Shown: positions 44,579-47,427 of the stretch, one piece after another | Numbering within the stretch: the stretch's first letter is position 1 | How the letters are laid out: every line of letters begins with the position of its first letter | Virus record (IMG/VR): IMGVR_UViG_3300036987_000129 | Coordinates: 1-47,427 of that record | Length of the DNA: 47,427 nucleotides | Origin: a virus | Lineage: Duplodnaviria > Caudoviricetes | Strand: one strand, 5' to 3' | The notes under the pieces: generated by a model | Told to the model about the DNA's origin: nothing | The model's database searches: none | The model's input: the letters and a program-made list of their open reading frames with translations, nothing else | Program-made: the position numbers and the translations under genes

Positions 44579-44754
44579 TTAGGCTCCTCTTTACTCTTTA
44601 TGGTTACTTGGAGTTCCATAGCACCTTTAGCGACTTCCTTTCGGACATAGAGAGTACCCACTACAGGCGGGACTCCCTTAGGACTATCTTCCTTAAAGCG
44701 GACAGTGTTCTTCGTTTCTCTCTCACGGGTGAAGTAGAGGGTTATGTCAAGCAT
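44575..44754 (-). CDS. Small beta-rich protein, 59 aa
   Basis: Hand translation MLDITLYFTRERETKNTVRFKED...VGTLYVRK; AAGGAG RBS; ATGA overlap. Confidence 0.7.
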   Translation of the reverse strand: MLDITLYFTRERETKNTVRFKEDSPKGVPPVVGTLYVRKEVAKGAMELQVTIKSKEEPK

Positions 44755-45049
44755 GACTTAGCTCCTTTATTGCTTGGTCTAAGGTCATGCCGGTGGAGAT
44801 TAGTCTGTTGATCTGAGTTATCTCCTGCTCAGTATAGACCTTGAGTTGGAAGGTATGCTTTAAGATGGCCGTGGCCTCGGGGTCACCTTTCTTCGCTAGG
44901 TAACAGAGAGACATAAGGTTCACCTCTCTAGCAGTATAGTGTCGCTTGGGAAAAGACAATTCTTTGGCCTCACTAGTTGGAAGAGAGACGAAAGTGTTGG
45001 AATCGTCTCTCTTCCAAAGGAGTTGGTTACTTTTTGACGAGTTCGGCAT
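44747..45049 (-). CDS. Hypothetical protein
   Basis: Coupled ORF. Confidence 0.6.
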   Translation of the reverse strand: MPNSSKSNQLLWKRDDSNTFVSLPTSEAKELSFPKRHYTAREVNLMSLCYLAKKGDPEATAILKHTFQLKVYTEQEITQINRLISTGMTLDQAIKELSHA

Positions 45050-45302
45050 CTACTTCGGCATCGGAGACAGCGATGCCCGCCTCTTTAGCCTTTCTCAGGA
45101 GGATCTTGACCCGGGTGGCGTAGCGACGGTCCCGCTCTTGATACTTTGCCTTGACCTCAGGGGGCAGGTCTTTGTACGGCACGCCGGACTTGAGTTCGCC
45201 TCGGGCGATCTTCTCGGCTCGTTTGGCGTCAGATTCCTTCTTCTTTTGGAGGAGAGCTAACCCAGCTTCGATTTCTTCTTTGGTTGCTTTTACTTCTGCC
45301 AT
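45027..45302 (-). CDS. Basic helical protein (paralog of 2794..2976)
   Basis: AGGAG RBS; shared C-terminal motif. Confidence 0.75.
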   Translation of the reverse strand: MAEVKATKEEIEAGLALLQKKKESDAKRAEKIARGELKSGVPYKDLPPEVKAKYQERDRRYATRVKILLRKAKEAGIAVSDAEVDAELVKK

Positions 45303-45303
45303 G

Positions 45304-45627
45304 TTACGTTACTCCTTTAGATTTTAAATATTCCAGGAATTCCCGTTCGGTGGGATCTGCCTGGTCTTCTAGGTCTCCTATCTGGAGAGCGTCTAGATTT
45401 CTTGAGGTACTGCATACTTCCCAAATGCCCTTAGTCAGGGTGCGTTTAATGCTATCATCTAGGATGAGAGGATGGAGGATTACCGTGTAGAGGTTTGAGT
45501 AATCTACCCGCAAGGGGTTCGCCTTGTTCTCTTTGTACCAGGTCAGGGCTTCTTTGGTGGTGAAGACACCTACGCAGTTATCCTGCAGGTACTTAAGGAA
45601 TCGCTCCTTGAGAGATGTTTGAGTCAT
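45304..45627 (-). CDS. Putative winged-helix protein
   Basis: FTTKEA...IKRTLTKGIWEV wing-like motif. Confidence 0.5.
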   Translation of the reverse strand: MTQTSLKERFLKYLQDNCVGVFTTKEALTWYKENKANPLRVDYSNLYTVILHPLILDDSIKRTLTKGIWEVCSTSRNLDALQIGDLEDQADPTEREFLEYLKSKGVT

Positions 45628-45638
45628 TTTAGTTCCTG

Positions 45639-46466
45639 TTAAAAGAGGATTTTACTAAAGACAGGGAAGCGGGGAATGCGCCCATCTGTTAGTTCTTGGT
45701 AGCGGACTCTTACTCTTCGGCCAATTAAAGAGTCACGGATTTTCCAGAGAGTTTCACGCTCTTCACGGGTAAAGCCTGTGCCTACTTGGAAGGGGACGTT
45801 GTCTGTGAGGCAGATTAAAGCGCCTAGGGAGTTCTTGGGGACGCCGTGGATAGAGAGTTCTTCCTGGGTGCCGATTATGGGGTAGATGTCTGCTTTATTA
45901 GGTTTAAATTTCATTATCTGGGTGGAGCGTTTCGGCAGGTACAGGCCCTGCGGGTGGCGTAAGATGGTGCCCTCATAACCAGAGTCGAGTATATGCTTAG
46001 TTAGCATATCTAACTTGTCTTGGTCATGGATGGCGTAAGTAGTTACTTTAGTAGGTAGGTCTAGCTCATCTAAGTGCTTTAGTCTTTCAAGTTGGGGTTC
46101 CTCTGAGATGATGTCGAAGATATGGTACCTTACCGAGTGACTGTCTTCATGTGGACTTACGGTGCGGCTCACTCGAGAGTTAATCTGCTGGAAGGACATT
46201 CCATGGATGTAGAGTTCTCCGTCTAGAGTTATGTCGTTTAAGAGCATCTCATCCAGGTCACGGTTGATGTGGGGGGCGGAGGTTATCTCCCGACCGGTGG
46301 AGGAGATTAAAGTGCTTTGGCCATCTTGGATTTTGGCTAGGCAGCGGATTCCGTCCAGTTTGGGCTGTAATAGCCAGGGAGTGGGCCACTTGAGGAGGCG
46401 AGAGTGTTCAAAGGGGTAGCAGAGCATTACGCCTTCTCTTTGGCGTTTAGCGGATGGTGTGTTCAT
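45639..46466 (-). CDS. lig: ATP-dependent DNA ligase
   Basis: QPKLDGIRC, LDGELY, IFD, GYEG, K.K, VGTGF, PRFPVF. Confidence 0.93.
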   Translation of the reverse strand: MNTPSAKRQREGVMLCYPFEHSRLLKWPTPWLLQPKLDGIRCLAKIQDGQSTLISSTGREITSAPHINRDLDEMLLNDITLDGELYIHGMSFQQINSRVSRTVSPHEDSHSVRYHIFDIISEEPQLERLKHLDELDLPTKVTTYAIHDQDKLDMLTKHILDSGYEGTILRHPQGLYLPKRSTQIMKFKPNKADIYPIIGTQEELSIHGVPKNSLGALICLTDNVPFQVGTGFTREERETLWKIRDSLIGRRVRVRYQELTDGRIPRFPVFSKILF

Positions 46467-46812
46467 AGTGGGCCCAACCCCCTTCGCCTTCTTGGAGGGT
46501 AATTAGTACGTTGGTTATGGGCTCTGGTATGACTCGGGCTAGGGTTTCTGCTATCCAGATAGCAAGGTATTCACAAGTAGGGTAGTCTAAACCTAGTTTT
46601 TGGTTTATAAGGGTGTGGTCGAGTCGGTCTAGGATATGCTCTTTTACTAGGTTAGAGAGGCGTTTGAAGTCGGCGACCATTCCTGTGGTTAGGTCTATAG
46701 GCCCTTCAAGGGCAACGGTTAGTTGCCAGGTGTGGCCATGGATGTGGCCACAGTGAGGGTGGTCTTTAAGGTAGTGGGCTGAGTCAAAGTGGAAAGTTTT
46801 ACCTATTAGCAT
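46447..46812 (-). CDS. queD: 6-carboxy-5,6,7,8-tetrahydropterin synthase
   Basis: FDSAH, CGHIHGH, GMVADF, LDH...N, PTCE.LA. Confidence 0.94.
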   Translation of the reverse strand: MLIGKTFHFDSAHYLKDHPHCGHIHGHTWQLTVALEGPIDLTTGMVADFKRLSNLVKEHILDRLDHTLINQKLGLDYPTCEYLAIWIAETLARVIPEPITNVLITLQEGEGGWAHYEHTIR

Positions 46813-46815
46813 TTT

Positions 46816-47043
46816 TCATGCCTCCTTTTTTGGTTGTTTCTTTCTTATCTTAAGGGTTATAGTTACGTTTAGGGTGTTAGGGGCTATGGGGATTAGTTTA
46901 GGGTCGAGGTCCGGAAAGAGGGTTAATAGTTTATCTTCAGTGAATTGGATAGTTGGCATCTCTGGTCTAAGGAGGCAGTAAGTGTGCCAGGGTGGGTTAT
47001 CCCCAGCGAGGTGTTCAGTCTTCCACAGTTTAAATTTTATCAT
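46816..47043 (-). CDS. Hypothetical protein
   Basis: Likely start MIKFKLWK after GGAGG. Confidence 0.55.
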   Translation of the reverse strand: MIKFKLWKTEHLAGDNPPWHTYCLLRPEMPTIQFTEDKLLTLFPDLDPKLIPIAPNTLNVTITLKIRKKQPKKEA

Positions 47044-47047
47044 ATGG

Positions 47048-47293
47048 TTAGTCCTCCAAATCGTTTTCCAGGCACTCTCGGAGTTTTTCAAGGTACTCCT
47101 GGGTCTGCCTATCGGCACCACACCAGTCTATTTCATCCAGGCGACTGATCACTGTGTTGGTGGCGGCGATGGCGTCATACCTGCATGAGTTCCGCATGAT
47201 ACGGTCATAGTCGTCCTCGTCCACCGCCGGCGGCGACTCGGGCATATCCGGGACTTTGAAGTTATCCATCCGGTAACGGTATTTGCTCATCAT
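47048..47293 (-). CDS. Hypothetical acidic protein
   Basis: 81-aa ORF in the early operon. Confidence 0.6.
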   Translation of the reverse strand: MMSKYRYRMDNFKVPDMPESPPAVDEDDYDRIMRNSCRYDAIAATNTVISRLDEIDWCGADRQTQEYLEKLRECLENDLED

Positions 47294-47300
47294 CTGTACA

Positions 47301-47427
47301 CCCCCCCATCGGGGACGCTGTCATCTCCGGTTCCGGTATCTCCTGCCCCAGGTCAAGGGCGGCGGCGATCCAGTCTCTTGCTGCCCACCACAAGGATTCG
47401 AGAATCATAATCGCATTATCCTGAGCG
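47301..47427. repeat. Terminal direct repeat, right copy
   Basis: Exact copy of 1..127. Confidence 0.95.

Larger units (their letters stand above)
1..47427. mobile_element. Complete tailed bacteriophage genome, podovirus-like, no lysogeny genes recognised
   Basis: TerS, TerL, portal, scaffold, capsid, adaptor/nozzle, ejection proteins, lysis cassette and PolA present; no tape measure, sheath or integrase recognised. Confidence 0.92.

Noticed and set aside
398-47188. Many antisense or nested ORFs in the track (e.g. 5364..5906, 10055..10477, 20443..21030, 44946..45260)
   Set aside because: Shadow frames of well-supported genes, lacking RBS and motifs
47301-47427. 127-bp terminal repeat as a biological DTR
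   Set aside because: Length equals a common assembler k-mer and it falls mid-gene; it indicates circularity only

Overview
The window is one complete, circularly assembled ~47.3 kb tailed-phage genome; the 127-bp identical ends look like assembler overlap. It has a podovirus-like organisation and a probable Gram-negative host (lipoprotein in the lysis cassette, sigma70 promoters, IHF-like sites). The + strand (3.3-35.8 kb) carries packaging, head, tail, lysis and ejection genes. The - strand (35.8 kb through the junction to 3.0 kb) carries early, replication and DNA-modification genes: UDG-fused PolA, DUF3987 ATPase, Sak4/Cas4-like/SSB module, ATP-dependent ligase, FolE-QueD-QueE-QueC-QueF, a divergent DpdA-like TIM-barrel candidate and a DUF5664-like nucleotide hydrolase. 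No integrase, primase, RNA polymerase, CRISPR array or reverse transcriptase was recognised. The most unusual signals are: (1) extreme Ala-Asn dipeptide enrichment confined to predicted surface virion proteins/domains, next to a glycosyltransferase and a radical SAM gene in the head operon (candidate virion-protein modification system); (2) a 7-deazaguanine cassette whose gene set suggests nucleotide-pool-level G replacement; (3) a cluster of structured RNAs including a tRNA-elbow mimic; (4) a tailspike with a signal peptide; (5) twin early promoters with an identically spaced 38-bp IHF-like element, and a first early gene frameshifted by a pentamer repeat. All protein calls come from motifs read by eye, not database searches.
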